A stretch of 59,614 nucleotides of DNA, counting the filler, from Basidioascus undulatus (Eukaryota): assembly GCA_000826855.1 (NCBI GenBank). It is 4 parts of 4 records of this genome, joined end to end, with 100 filler letters (N's around TTAATTAATTAA, not from the genome) between each part and the next. Parts side by side here need not be neighbours in the genome. Positions count along the whole stretch, not along the records: positions 1 to 14,843 come from JTLS01000689.1; 3 more parts are not named here. One strand, 5' to 3'. Below, in pieces: positions 1 to 12,926 of the stretch. The notes beneath the pieces are model-generated. The model was given only the letters and a program-made list of their open reading frames with translations. It did not search any database and was not told the origin of the DNA. The position numbers and the translations under genes were made by a program. The first letter of the stretch is position 1, and every line of letters starts with the position of its first letter.

Positions 1-15
1 GGGGAGAGAGGGTAG

Positions 16-1511
16 GATAAGGGCATCAGAGTTATCTCGGATCTGGACGATACCGTTAAGCGGTCTGATATCCTTGGTGCGTCCAAGCACTTCTTTCCTT
101 TCTTTCCCTTCTCGAACGAGCAAGTGCAACTGACCGATCCCCGTGGGATGGAAAAGGCGGCGTGCGCGCCATGTTCCGGAACGTGTTTGTGAACGAAGAA
201 GCGGAGATGGTCATCCGTGCGTCCTCTTCCCCTTCTCTGTTTACCTCCTCTGACCCTTCATCTCCCCACAGCCGACATGGCGCGCTGGTACCAACGCATG
301 GCTTCCCAGGGCGTCAACTCGTTCCACTACGTCTCCAACTCGCCTTTCGAGCTCTTTGCGGCCATCACGGACTTTTTCAGGATCGCCGAATTGCCACTGG
401 GTGCGTCTATTCTCATCGCTTGGCTTACACTGACGCGGCGCGAGGAACTGATGATCTGCGTGGGCGCGGGACGACTGGGATAGGCCATTTCAGTGAGTCG
501 ACAGTTGACTTCTGAAGGTGAGGAATTTGGAAGGACGGAGGGTGCTGATGATGCAGGACTGGTGCGTGCGAACAGAGCTGAAGTACTACGGAGGTGGACG
601 CACGCTCCTGAACGGCTTGTGGGAGCCCGCGGGCGAGCGGAAACGCGGGGGCGTGGTCGAGGTGCATTGTGGCCGCTGCCTTGCGCATGTGAAGTGGGGT
701 TGACGCGGATTTTGGATGGGGCAGGTCCTTGACGAGTTCAAGAAGAGCAAGTTCATCTTGATCGGCGACAGCGGTGCGTCCTTGCGCTCTTCCCACCCGC
801 TGCTTTTCCGTCTTTCTGACGCGATGCCAACTACCCACAGGCGAGCAAGACCTCGAACTGTACACCGCGATCGCGCGCGAGCGCCCGCGACAGATCATCG
901 CCGTCTTCATCCGGGATGTCTCGACGCCGTCGTCCAAACCGCCCTCCCGACGCGGGACGCTCGTGCCTCCCCCAGCCGCCGCCGCCTCCTCCGCAGCGGC
1001 AGCGACCGCCGACCCACAGCAGCAGCGCCCTACGTTCAGGCGCACGCACTCGAGCCCCGCGGGCTCGCCCAAGCCGGCGATCGGTGACCCGCACCGCGCG
1101 CAAATCTCCGCCGAGCCAGAAGAACTCGTGCTCCCCACATCGTCCTTCTCCTCCTTATCCCTCCCGAACCCCGCCGCTGCACCGCCGCTCCCGCCGCGCA
1201 AGCAGCAGCAGCAGCGCTCCGCAACATCTCCCACGTCCCCCACCTCCAGCAGCAGCAGCAGCAGTTTCACGTACCCGTCCTCGTTCTTCGCGTCCGACGG
1301 CGACCTGCTCGACGCGGAGGCGGACGCCGCCGCGGAGCGCATCGAGGCGCTCACCGCGGTGGAGATCAAGGCCGCCAAGCGCGTCGAGGTCTTCCGCGCG
1401 CGCGTGGACAAGGCCCAGCGCGACATGCCTGAGGGCGTCATGTTCCGCGTGTTCAAGCACGCGGACGAGGTGACGGCCGAGACGGACAGGCTGTTTGCTA
1501 GACAATGGTGA
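16..1511 (+). CDS. APP1: APP1-family phosphatidate phosphatase (actin patch protein 1-like), 5'-partial, multi-exon
   Basis: Spliced translation gives IRVISDLDDTVK (DxDxT motif), FHYVSNSPFEL, LKYY..., FILIGDSG-EQDLELY...IIAVFIRDV, then a Pro/Ser-rich tail. Stop at 1509-1511. Begins at the fragment edge. Confidence 0.88.
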
Positions 1512-2197
1512 TTCAGGACTGTGGCCTGGCGCCTTCGCTTTCGTTTATTACTATTCGCTTTTTTATCTCTGCGGGCTTTCTGTCTGCAGGTTGCAGTAAA
1601 CCTCTCCAGTTCTTTATGATCTCTCATGATGCACGATCTACACGTTACGGTGCTGCTTATAGACTACCTGCTGTGTGTCCGGGCGCATGCGCACCGACGA
1701 CTGGGGCGCTTGCTGGCTCGCCGAGCGCCTAAAGGGAGCTGCTTGCGCACGCGTTTAGAGTTTTACCAGTACTTGTTGGTGGACTGGGCCAGCTCTTGAT
1801 CGTGCATTCCCCACATCGCACGGCGTTGGCCGGGGACAGTCAGCGCAGGCGTTGAGATACGGCAGTGATGTATAGCGCGAGTGTACGTCGTCAACGCCGA
1901 AAAAGCACGAGTATGAAAGCAAAGAGTAAACATATATCAAAAGTCAAAACCCAAACGAATCCTTGTTCTAGATGAGTGCAAGCGAGAGGTACCAGCGAGA
2001 ATGCTAAATAAAATGGGCGCAAGAGGAGGACGGAGTGTGAAAGCAAGGCGGCGGACTAGTGTACAATGCGGCGCGAAGGCCAGCTTGAATGGTCGAGAAA
2101 GAGGTAAACGAGAAAAGTAATGCAGCAGCAGCAGCAGCAATAGCAGCAGCGGGATCCGAGAGCGAGCAACCAACAAAGCCGACAGACCCACACCGAC

Positions 2198-5100
2198 TCA
2201 GCGACCCTGTCCCATCAAGCGAGAAAGCGCCGACGGGCCGGAGGCGCTCGTGCCCGCGGCCGGCGCAGGCGCCGCCGCCGCCAGCGGCTTGAGCGCGGGA
2301 GCGGCCTGGTCTGCGCCACTCGTGCGCCGCTTCTTGGTGTTGACCGACGGCGCGGATGCGGCGGACGAGGCGAGGGCCGGGGACGGCGCGACCTTGGTCG
2401 CTCCGCCGCGCGAAGTCCCCTCGTCGTTCGCTGCTGTCGATCCCTTCCCGCGGGCGCCTCCCTGGCTAGACGTGGACGCTCGGCGCGCAGAGCCAGCAGA
2501 CGTGCTGTTCTTACGCGTCGCGGTGCCGGAGCTCTGCGCAGACGGCTTGCCACCGGCGCCGGGAGCGTTCCTGCGAAGGAACAAAGTCAGCCCTTGATCA
2601 CCACAGCGGGAGCCTGGAACACAGTGAAAGAAACCAACGAACCTGTTGCGCTTTTTGATGACGTCGCTCTTGAGCGACAGAGGACGCACAACGCCGTGCA
2701 GCTTCAGGAAGAGGCCGCAGGCGTTGCACAGCGGGTTGCCGTCCGGGTCGCGGCGCCAAAGCGGCGTCGTGCTCGTCTTGCAGTTCGTGCAGGTCGTGCC
2801 CGCAGCGTCCGCGGGTGAGGGCACCCCAGACGTGGTGTTGGACGACGGCCCGGCGGAGATCTCGGCCGGCGAGTTGGGGTTCGACGACTTGCTGCCGTTG
2901 TCCGACTTGGGCGAGGCTGACTCGCTCGCGCGGATGCCGCGCGGAGGCGGCTTGGCGGGAGCCTGGCGAAGCGCGACGAGATTGCCAGCAGAGCCTGGAC
3001 GACCGGTCGGCTTCTTCGCCAGCGGCGGAGGGCCCGACTTCGCTCCTGCGGGGGCCGGAGCGACCTTCAGGGACGCGTCGCCGCGCTTCGCAACTGGGAC
3101 AGACTTCCGCACGGCGCTCGGTCCGGGTGTAGGAGCGTTGCTGCCCGTCGTCGACGCCGGCGATGCCGCCGGTGACGGCGCGGCCCTGGGGGAGTTGCCC
3201 GCAGATAAGGGCAGCGGGCGGACTTCGCGGGCCTTCGGCTTGGCATTGACGATCTGCGTCGGGTTGATATGCGTGAAGGGGTTCTGCTGCGGGAGCGCCG
3301 TCGGCGGAGCGCTGTTGCCGTAGAACATGCCCATGAGCTGGTCGTACTCCGTGCTCGGCTCCTCGCCCGAACCGAGGTCCTGCGGTAGGCCAAAGGCGGG
3401 CGTGAAGCTCGGCGGGAAGGCGCCGCCGCCGAAGGTGCCGGGCGCCGAGGAGCTGAGCAGCGCGCTCAGCCCTCCGTCGTTCGGGAAGCCGTTGGGGAAG
3501 GGAGAAGGAGCAGAGAAGTCGAAGGGGGACGGCGGCGGGGGTTGGGAGGTTGTTGATGGTACGGGTGCGCCGGCGAGGGAGAATGGTGGGGGCTCGTTCG
3601 ACGAAGTTGCGAGAAGGGAGGTAAGTCGGGGCGAGTACTCGGCTGGGCGCTTGCGCGTCGAGGCCTGCATCGACGAAATGTAACCGATGAGCCTATCGCT
3701 ACCGGAATCAAGAGAACTGTACGCACGCTTCGCTCTGCACCCTTGGGTCCAGGTTGAGGCACGGACTGGCTCAAGCCGGACGCCTCGGTGCTCCGGTTCT
3801 TGCGGTGCTTCCTCGCGGACGTGCTGATGGGCGCCGCGGGCGTAGGGACCGACTGCGCGCCGACCGGTGGCTGGACGGCGCGGAGGAGGTCGAGGTAGGA
3901 CGGCTGAGGCCCACCAGGGAATGAGCCGAACTGCTGCTCTAGCGCGCTGGGCGGGTGGTACGAAGTCGCCGCCACGCCGCTGGCCATGAAGTCGTACGCC
4001 GCAGCGGCACGGATGGCTTCCTCGAACTGGAGCGAGGACGGTGCGCTGCCGTTGGGTGGGAAGGGGAAGAAGGCGTGCGCATCGGGGAGCGATTGGGTGT
4101 GTGGAGGAAGCTGCTGCAGGTGCGGAGGAATGGGGATGTTGACCGAGCCGACAGCGGTGTGGGCCGCGTGGAACCCGTCGCCGCCGTCCGCAGGCTCCTG
4201 CTCCTCCGGCATGGGCTCGAATGAAGGACCGGCGCCCACGCCGGCGGGCGCTTCGTCGTCGTTCGGGGCGTCCGGAGAGGGTGCGTGCGCTGGCAAGCTC
4301 GGGATGAACTGCCGTGGATAAGCCGGACGCGAGCGAGACCTGCTCTGCGCGCGCCAGTCCATGCGAGCGTCGACGGTACGCGAGCGAGAGCGGCTTTTCG
4401 CACGCCAGTCCATCATCTCGTCGCTGTTGCCCCAGCAGGTCCGATTCAGCTTTCCTTCTCGCCCACGACCGCCCGGGATGCAAATGGTTACTCACACGAA
4501 CGAGCTGCCGTTATCGTGACCCTCCGGAACACCCGCAGCAAAGCCAATGACGATAGACTTCTCCTTGCCCTTCCTCCGCGGCTGGCGCCCGCGCTCCTCG
4601 TCATCGGGCGCTTCAGCCTGGCGCTCCTGCTTGACGCTGCTCGCGTCAGACGCAGCGACAGACGACGGCTGCGACGCGTGATGCGGCTCGGAGGTGGGGA
4701 CGACCGTGTCGCTCGTGCTCGGGACGGAGGGTGCGGTCGTCGCGGCGGTCGAAACCGGTAGAGGCAGCTCACTCGACGCAGCCTGCTCGCTCGGCTTGCG
4801 CGCCTCCTCCTCCGCTCGGCGCTCCGACTCCTTCTTCTTGCGCAGCGTGAGCGCCATCATGCGCCACGTGAGGTTCTCCATCCGCTGGCCATTCGGAAGG
4901 TTCGCCTTCTGCTTGGCGTACATCTTCCAGACCTGGCTCGCGAGTGGGTCCTTCTTTGAGAGCTCGCCCGGGTCGTCGAAGTCGTCGGGGTACCACGGGC
5001 TGCGCGGGCTCAAGCCAGACGGCGACACCTCCGGCGAGCCGATAGGAGGGGAGAGGGGGAGCGACGGCTGGCGGGACGCGCTGCGCGACAGGGTCGAAAA

Positions 5101-6390
5101 AAGGTCTTCGGAGAGAATATTGGCGGCAACTGCAGGGGACTTCAGGTTGGCGAGGGCGAGTGCGGGCGTTATGGGGACAGGTGCGGGGGCGGTGGCGGAA
5201 GGCGAGGTGGAGAGTGACGTGGAGGTGGACGGGCCGGAGGGGTTGCTCGCCTGGCTGGTGAACGCGCTGGAATGGAAGAAGTCGGTCAAGACGCAGGACG
5301 GCACGCCTGACGACACGGAGAGCGGGTTGTTGCCGTCGGGGCCGAAGTCGAGCGCGGAGAAGTCGATCGGCGTGCCAGCGTTCAGGAAGCTAAGGTCGGC
5401 GGCGCTCAGCTGAGGCATGTCGCCCAATCCGGCGAACTGGCTGGCTATGTCGAAGGCCGATCCCGCGCCGGCGTCGGCTGACTGTGAGAGTTGAGACGCG
5501 GGCGCGGAGACGGAGGACAAGGACGTAGTGCGACGGTTGCTTGGCCGCCTGGGCCGAGCCTCTCCCGCGCCGGCCGATGTTGACGGGCGGTGAGCACCGG
5601 AAGTGGAGATGGGCGGCGAGCTCGCGGCGGATGCGGAGTTGGCTAGAGGGCGCTGAATGGGGGTCGGAACCGCTGAGCCGTTCTCGGCGATGGAAGCCAT
5701 CGTGAAGTGCTTGGCTTGCGAGCCACGATGGGTCGAAGGCGGCGGAGGAAGAGCGAACTGAGCAGTGGAGCCCATCAGCACCCTGGGGAGGCCCCCCGCT
5801 ACGAACTGGACACTCACCTGCGGTTGAGGGCGGAGGTGCGCTCCGGTGGCCTGAGCCTGCTGCTGCTGCTTGGCGAAAGCGATGTGAAGGCGGTTGGTGA
5901 GGAGGGACGCGGGCGGCGGGGCCGGAGAAGGCGGATGAGAGAGATATTGGGCGGGCGAGTTCGCGCCATGGGTAGCGGCGCGGCTGCTTGAGCGGGAGTG
6001 GTTCGTGATGTCGCTTCCGCCGCCCAGGGCGCTGAGGGCGGACCAGTCGATGGGCCCGGCGGCGGCCATGGCAGCCGCACCGATGCCGGGCACGTCGCCC
6101 AGAATCGAGCAATAGCTCCCGTCGAAGCCCAAGGCCGACCAGCCGTTCCCGCTGGTGTCGCTGGGGAGGCTGCCGCTGAGGACGGAAGAAGATGGTCCAC
6201 CGCCACTGCACCATGGTGGAAGCCCCGACATCAGGAAAGAAGTCACCGTGAGACAGCTGTGGCAGAGAACGCACCTGTCCACGGTGAACCTATCCTCCTT
6301 CTGCCCGCTGTGGTGGGAAGCGTTTATTGACATGCTGGTGCGCTGGCTCAGCGAGGCCGAGCCATCGCCTGGGTACGAGGGCTGCTCCAT
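2198..6390 (-). CDS. GAT1: AreA/Gat1-type nitrogen-regulatory GATA transcription factor, multi-exon; start codon approximate
   Basis: GATA zinc finger [50 protein letters not shown] (~2645-2795) and the DUF1752-type motif [36 protein letters not shown] (~4840-4950). Confidence 0.92.
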
Positions 6391-7817
6391 CGGGGATGCG
6401 CGAGCGGGGGAGCCTGCGCTGGGCGGCGGCGGGTTGGTGGTTGGTGTCGACAAACCGGCAGGAGCGAAGGGGATGGTTAGGAGATCGTCGGGCGGGCTCT
6501 CCCGGCGCAGTTCGAGACAGCGCAATTGGAGCCTGCGAACGCGGGAGGCGGGTGCACAAACAGGGAGTCAGAACCGAACGGAGCATGGAACGGGATTTCT
6601 TGTCCTTGTCGGCCCGGGCTGGAGCTTCTATACACGTCCGAGGAGCTCACGACCTTGCAGCAGCACCCCAAGGACACATCCTCTCCTGCACCATAAACAC
6701 CTCGAACGTGAGCTCACTATGTGCGAGATGACCACGCGTAAGCAAGGCGCGTATGCGGTCGTTCGAAGGGAACGAGCAGAGAGGAGCGCTCGGGGTGATG
6801 ATGCTGTGCATTCGATCTGGAAGCAGTCAGAGATGGGCCCAAGAGTCCCGTTGGAGAGCTGTATTCAGCGACGCACACTGCAGCAAGCTGATCTGGCGAG
6901 CGTAACCAGCGGCGATGGATTCTTTGGGATCAAAGGCAGGGGCGCGAGGAGGAGGAGATGTGAGTGTGGCGTCCGGAGAATAGTTGGGACTAGTCTAGAG
7001 GAGGACAAGGCGTCGGGCAGGAAGTAAGCCAGACAAGTGGGAGTGAGCAGTGTCGAAGGCGGCGAGGCGATGACGGCGGCTCAGAGGCGGGACGGCCAGC
7101 GGCAGGCAGTCTGTGCCCCGCCTTCTCCCCCGCCTTTCCTTGCCCATTCCTCAATCGTTTTTGTAGCACCCGCCTTGCAACCTGTTGTATTTTGAACGCA
7201 AGTGTGCCTCTGACATACACTCCTGTGCCTGGGTCGCTGGTTCCTTCCCTTCGCTACCCCAATTTCGCAGCACACGAACTCCTGAGGCCTGCAAGCTTTC
7301 CTCCAAAACCCAAAGTCTCTGCTTTACCCGTTCCGATTCTCTCCGTTCCGCATCTTCTGCGGCGAACTCAAGAGTCTGTTGCTGCTGGCTCTGTTGTTGC
7401 AGAGCAAGCTCATAAACCATGAACTCGGCTGCCCGACCCGCTTGGGCCCCTGGACCTCAGTGCCCACGTGCAAAGCACTCTTCCATTGGCTTCAGATAAC
7501 AGAAGCTTCTGTATCAGCGAATCAGCGAACACGCAAAACCCTGACAGCGAGATAAGGAAGCTTGCGTGACAGATGGCGTGAAGCAGCAGCTGCGGCTGCA
7601 AGCCGATCGATGGCATCTCTTATCGGCCGTTGGGCTTTTGTCGGAAATGAGGCACAACTGCGCCGTATTTTCCACATCCACCTTCCTGCAACTTCTTGGA
7701 GGTTTTCCGGAGGATAGCTACAAATGGTCAGCTCCGGGCACAAGCCGGCAGTTTGTCAGTGCGAGTGTCCGCGAGTATGTACTAGTGAGGTTGCGCAGCG
7801 CTCCTGAATGAACTACG

Positions 7818-7886
7818 GTAACGAATGTTACACGAATTCCTTACGTAAAGGTTACAGTGGTTACGCTTGGTTACGCGGCGTCACGC
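7818..7886. repeat. Cluster of (G)TTAC(G) motifs at about 10-bp spacing, including the palindrome TTACGTAA
   Basis: TTAC at 7828, 7841, 7852, 7861, 7871 and TCAC at 7881; TTACGTAA at 7841-7848; inverted GTAAC-n4-GTTAC at 7818-7831. Confidence 0.55.
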
Positions 7887-9988
7887 TCCTGCACGCCTCA
7901 AGGAACGCAGCACGGCATGCCTCTACGTTCACTTACCTCGTAAGCGTTACTGCTGTTACATAGACTAGGCCATATACTTGAAGAATTTCTGCTTCACTCA
8001 CAACAGAAGGTGTGATTATGACTTTTTTGGGGGGTGGGTGTACAGTACTGTCACTGCATGCTCGTGCAAAAGAATGGCAAGTTGATGGGCTGCATCGGGT
8101 CGAACTGGTGAAAGCGATGAAATAAATGCTGGCAAGAGGCATGCCCTCTATCTAACGCAAGTTCAATTGTCGTGCGTAAAAATTGTTACGAGGCCTCCGC
8201 AAGCACTTCCACGGTGCACGTAAGCCAAGAGTCATACGTTGCGTTGCTCCGTACGCGCTGCGCAACCTCTCTACTGTGTGTTGCAAGCAGGAAGGACTGG
8301 CAGACGCCCAACATGTGCACATTTTGAACTCCAATGATTTGTGTCTTACCTTGCGTTTACAGAAGACATCCAATTACAGGGCTTGTTCCTTCGACGCCAG
8401 GGGTTGAGAGCGTGGGATGGAGCGGGCATGCTGCAATCGACGATGACTGCGGCTCACCTTTGCTGCTCGCTAGACAGGCTGTCCATTGGTAGCACAGCAT
8501 GCCTTGTAGGACCTCAAAGTATATATAAAAGCGCCAATAGTGCATGTGACTCAAATGCGAGATACTTATTCGCGAATGCGGGATGGGCTGCAGTCTCCAA
8601 CCTACTGGGCAACTTGACCGCCTGTGGCCTGCTCAGAGCGAACTGACATGATAACATGCCTAAGTATCCCTTCTTATTATCATGGTCGTATACTGTGTGG
8701 AATTATGTGACAGGGGACAACCTGACTTTCTGTAAGATATTAAGCGACACGGTCGTATTCCAGCGGTCCGGCCATAAACTTGACATTGGCGGCAAAGCAG
8801 ATCAAACTGCTTACCCTCGCTTGAACGTATTCAAAGGGATCCTGACAAAGACTTGTTGAAGACTTACACGGTGAAGTGCACGACAAGATCTACCGGAAGG
8901 GTTCAACTGCAAACGACCGCGGGGGGTCCGCAGGTCCATTCTTCACGCCCAAGCAGCAATTTCTGGTGATGAGCGGAGGTTCTGCTCAACGGGGGACGTC
9001 TAAATTGGAATTTGGATCAATAATCTCTGGCATTTTGGTAATTCTATGAGGCCCATACGCGAGGTTTGCTTCATTTCCCGAAGGATACCAACATGGCGCT
9101 AGTATCACTGATGCCTATGCAACAGCTCCCAATCGGAAAATACAAGTTTCACGTTCACCATGTGTCCGAACGGAAACAATGCCGCGACATGAATCACGTG
9201 TCCCAGGAAGAAGTCATAAAGGGCCAAGGGCCGGGAAGAGAGAGCGATAAGGGCGTTTCGGAGCACTCACTGAGCGGTTCGATCGGACCAGCCTCGAGAC
9301 GCTGACAAGAACGTCCTGGAGGTTGGCAAGCTGTGCTTGGGCTTTCAATCATTGGTTCCGATATTAAAGAATGTTTTTTATCTTGTAAAGTTCCGTTTAC
9401 CCGTAATCTGTGTGCCCGAGAGCTTGGGAACCTCCGACCCTCGATCAGCATGCGGAAGAAGCGGGACACCCACTCAAGTCGATGCGGCGTCAAGTCCGGC
9501 TCGTGAAGTTCTCTCTGCTGTTTATTTAAGGCCTACCTGCATAACGGCTGTGGTTGTTTCTCAACTGCATCGTATTGTCCCCGGTGCCGTCCAGCAAGTC
9601 TGGTTATCTCGTGAAATTGTCCGTGACAATGGAAGTGCACCTCTGTGTAAGCCTTGCAACAATAACCGCTATGGAGCCAAGCGCCCCAAATGATTGTCGA
9701 CACTGGATAAGAAGAATGCTTCTCGACTCCAGAAAGTTTTTGCGAAGGCTGTGAGGAGAGTCAGTCGAGCAACTGCGTTGCTGGACTGGTCTTCGCGGGG
9801 TTTAACACGTTCGTGCAGCACGTCCTGGAACGACAGTTTTTGTGCCCAGCACAACTTAAACATGAAAGTGCATAAGAACGTCGATGTGATGTATGAAAGC
9901 CATAGGTACGAAGCCACATGAATGATGCCGCACGGATGATGGAGCACATGGAAACGAGATGACAGCAATTGTAACTGTCCTTCGGTCT

Positions 9989-12644
9989 TTAATAGCTAAT
10001 GTCTGACGAGTCGCTTTCGTACCTATAATTGACAGACTGGTCAGCGTGCCGGTGTGGACGATTGAGGGCTTGTCACGCACTCGTCAGACGAGGTGGGCTC
10101 AACAACCGGAGTGCCGAACGCAGCATGGCGTAGAGGATTCGCCTCCGGAATAGTGTGGCAGTACTTTCCCGAGAACTGCAAGAGGCAAGGTCAAACCGTC
10201 GGGCCATGGTGCGTAGGTGCAAGAAACGGAGCGTACTTTGCAGGTTCCGGCCTTCGAACATCGCGTTGATCAGCTTCGAGAGTTGGCAGGGAGTCAATTG
10301 TGATACATACCTTGAGGAACTTGCACTTTACACCTTGCTGAAAAGCGTATGTTCGGGTCAGGCTTGCGGCGGTCACCACATCGTGAGGATAAGGCGTTGC
10401 GTACAGGGCAAACGTGGCCTTGAATCTGAAGGATGCTCATATCAGCCACGCCTTCATAGCGCGCATTGAGAAAGTGTACATACACAGTGCGGGTTTTTAC
10501 AGACGAGATCTGAAGGCACTCGTTAAGGTCAACAAACAGCATCCACATTTTGCAGCGAACCCCATTCCCACTTACCTTTGTCGGCTTTGGGACAAGGCGT
10601 CTTTTTAGCATCGGCGGTCAGTTGGACGAACTGCGCCTGGCTAAGATCGTAATCGTGTCCTTTTCGTACGAGGCAAGCATGCGTCAGCGCGAGCGAAACG
10701 CCTCTAATAAGTACAGGATTTACCATAGTTGCAACGAGCGCCATGGCCGCACTTCTTCAAAAGGTAGAACTGGTTGCAGGGCGGGGGCCTAGGAGCCAAA
10801 ACGGCAGTGAGCACGAGCACAACCGAGTAGTCCAATACTCGACAAACTTCTGCTTGCTCAGATTCTGTGGACGGAGGATCAGGAAAGCGATCGACAAGAC
10901 AAGATGCAGCCGGCGACGTACCGCCCCTTCTGGAATCTTCTTTCCTCCCTTCACTCTCCCGTCACCGGGCAACCTGGGCACCGCCATTTTGACTTCCGCC
11001 GGCTTCTGGAAGGCAATGATTCTCTCGACTGGAGTTTCCGAGCGGGTCGACGATGCCACCGAGGGCGCCGACGCCTTTGTCTTGCCGTTGGTGACGAGAG
11101 GTACAGGCGGGTTAGCAGTGTTAGGCCGCACCATCGACTTCCACGAGGCGTTGAGCTTGTTTGCCATGAACAGCCCTACCAGCCGCAGCACCGGTTACTG
11201 CCTGTACTGAGCGGATGTCATCTGGGACGCACCCTCGCAGCGATCGATGTCGACATTCAGGTCCCGCAAGGGTCCGGCGAGCTGTTGCCGACGACGGTTC
11301 AGCAATGCATCGCAAATCTGAAGCTATCTCGCCACACCTACCTGATCATAGCTCTTCAACAGGATGATCTTGTGCAAGATCCCCTCCGTGTTCAGCTGGG
11401 TGAGAACGGGAGCATAGCCTGCCGAACGATTCCTTCAGCAAGGACGCGACGATCACGGAATATAGAAAACTGACCGCCGTCGTGCGATCCTGCAAAGTAG
11501 ACCTTCTTGACGGCGGGGATATGCGACCAGAGCCGAAGCGATTCTGTGCAAAGCGGCGTCAGCCTCGCTCATCTGCCAGGGACGGACAGCAAAACGAGCT
11601 TACCGCGAATCTTAGCATCGGCCGCCTCTTTACCCGGTCCGACGTCGATCACGGAAAACAAACCGCAAGCTGCCGTCGCGAGATTAGCATACAGACCGGC
11701 AAAGTACACCTTGGAGACGCACACGACGTGAAGCCGATGAGAAACTCGTCGAACGTCTTGGTAGAGCAGATTTGGTTGTTCGCAAGAACGCCACCCAGTC
11801 CAAAGCGGTGGACGAAGCACTTTTCAATCGAGGACGCAGTCAGTACGAACTAGCCAACGTTCGAGAAGACAAGGCGAGATGGGTCCGTACTTGCGCAACA
11901 ATCTGAACGGTGCGTCCGAGGTTTTTCTGCGCGGCAGCGTTGATGTGCTTCATGAGAAGCGCAGCTGCCTGAAGGGCCCCGACCATCTTGATGAAGATCT
12001 GCTTTGATGAAGATCTGCTCAAGCTAAATCGGACAGAATGCCTACCTCGCGGCCCCCTTCCTTGCCCCTTGCGAGCAAGCTCTTTTCAAACTGCGTAATG
12101 GGGCGTCGGTTATTGCGTTATCAGAGATCGCGGAATCGAACTAGATGACACGTACAATAGCACCGTCGCCATCTATCAGACAGACGACTGAGGGAATGGC
12201 AACATCAGCGATCATCATCTTCGGCCGCAAGCGAGCAAGCCGCGCACCGATCGGGTCGGTGGACTGCAACGCCACTCCTGAAACACTCAGTCTCCCTACC
12301 ATGGAAATTCTAAGGATGCAGGTGTACCTTGAATGTGCCCATAGCTGCCTCCGCTTCCTGTGCCCGCCTCAGCGCAGCAGCCAACTCGCCGTCGCGCGAA
12401 CCCGCGCCGGCTTTGGCGATGGCGATTTCACGCTCGAGCGCGTCCACCCTCTGTTGAAGGTATTCGCTGTACTCGTGCGTCTGCTTGAAGAGATCTGTCC
12501 CGGTCCGCAGTGATTCAGTCCCAGCCCGAGATAGCACGGACGGCTTTCGAACCAGGAACACGTACCACGGCTCTGCTGCTGGAGCTGATCGAAGTACGCC
12601 ACATGGGTCATTGGCTCGGGCTCTTCGGTTTTGAGGTCGTCCAT
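9989..12644 (-). CDS. Coiled-coil + DUF7923 (PIN/NYN-like) domain + tandem CCCH zinc-finger protein, many short exons
   Basis: Spliced exons read MDDLKTEEP...; VVCLIDGDGAI|FEKSLLARGKEGGRE; TFDEFLIGFTS|ACGLFSVIDVGPGKEAADAKIR|ESLRLWSHIPAVKKVYFAGSHDGG|YAPVL; CNQFYLLKKCGHGARCNYG|H (C-x8-C-x5-C-x3-H); then KTPCPK...CKNPHCVY-GHVCP. Stop TAA at 9989-9991. Confidence 0.8.
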
Positions 12645-12926
12645 GGCGCTGTGGTAGGACGTAGACCAACTGGGGCTCTGCACTAAGATGGTGGACAGAG
12701 AACGGGAGCAACAAGCAGTGAGCTGCGGAATGCTACTCTTTTGAGGCTTCTCGTTTGCACGTGACCCGAAGTCCAAACCTCGATAACGGCCGAAGTTCGA
12801 AGCGAGCCGCGACAAACAAGTGCGCGTTCGACCAATTACAATTTGCAAGTCATTCACGCCGTCGTACATGCCACACACACATACCCGAGATAACGTCTCA
12901 AGAATAATCCATAACATCATCAGCAC

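Noticed and set aside
425..1627. Long antisense ORFs, such as this 400-aa ORF and many opposite GAT1, SMC5 and PRP2
   Set aside because: Shadow ORFs caused by high GC3 in the real genes on the other strand.
7900..9950. Lower-GC block suspected to be a transposon
   Set aside because: I found no transposase or reverse transcriptase motif, terminal repeat pair or target-site duplication. The adjacent Cys-rich sequence proved to be the CCCH gene.
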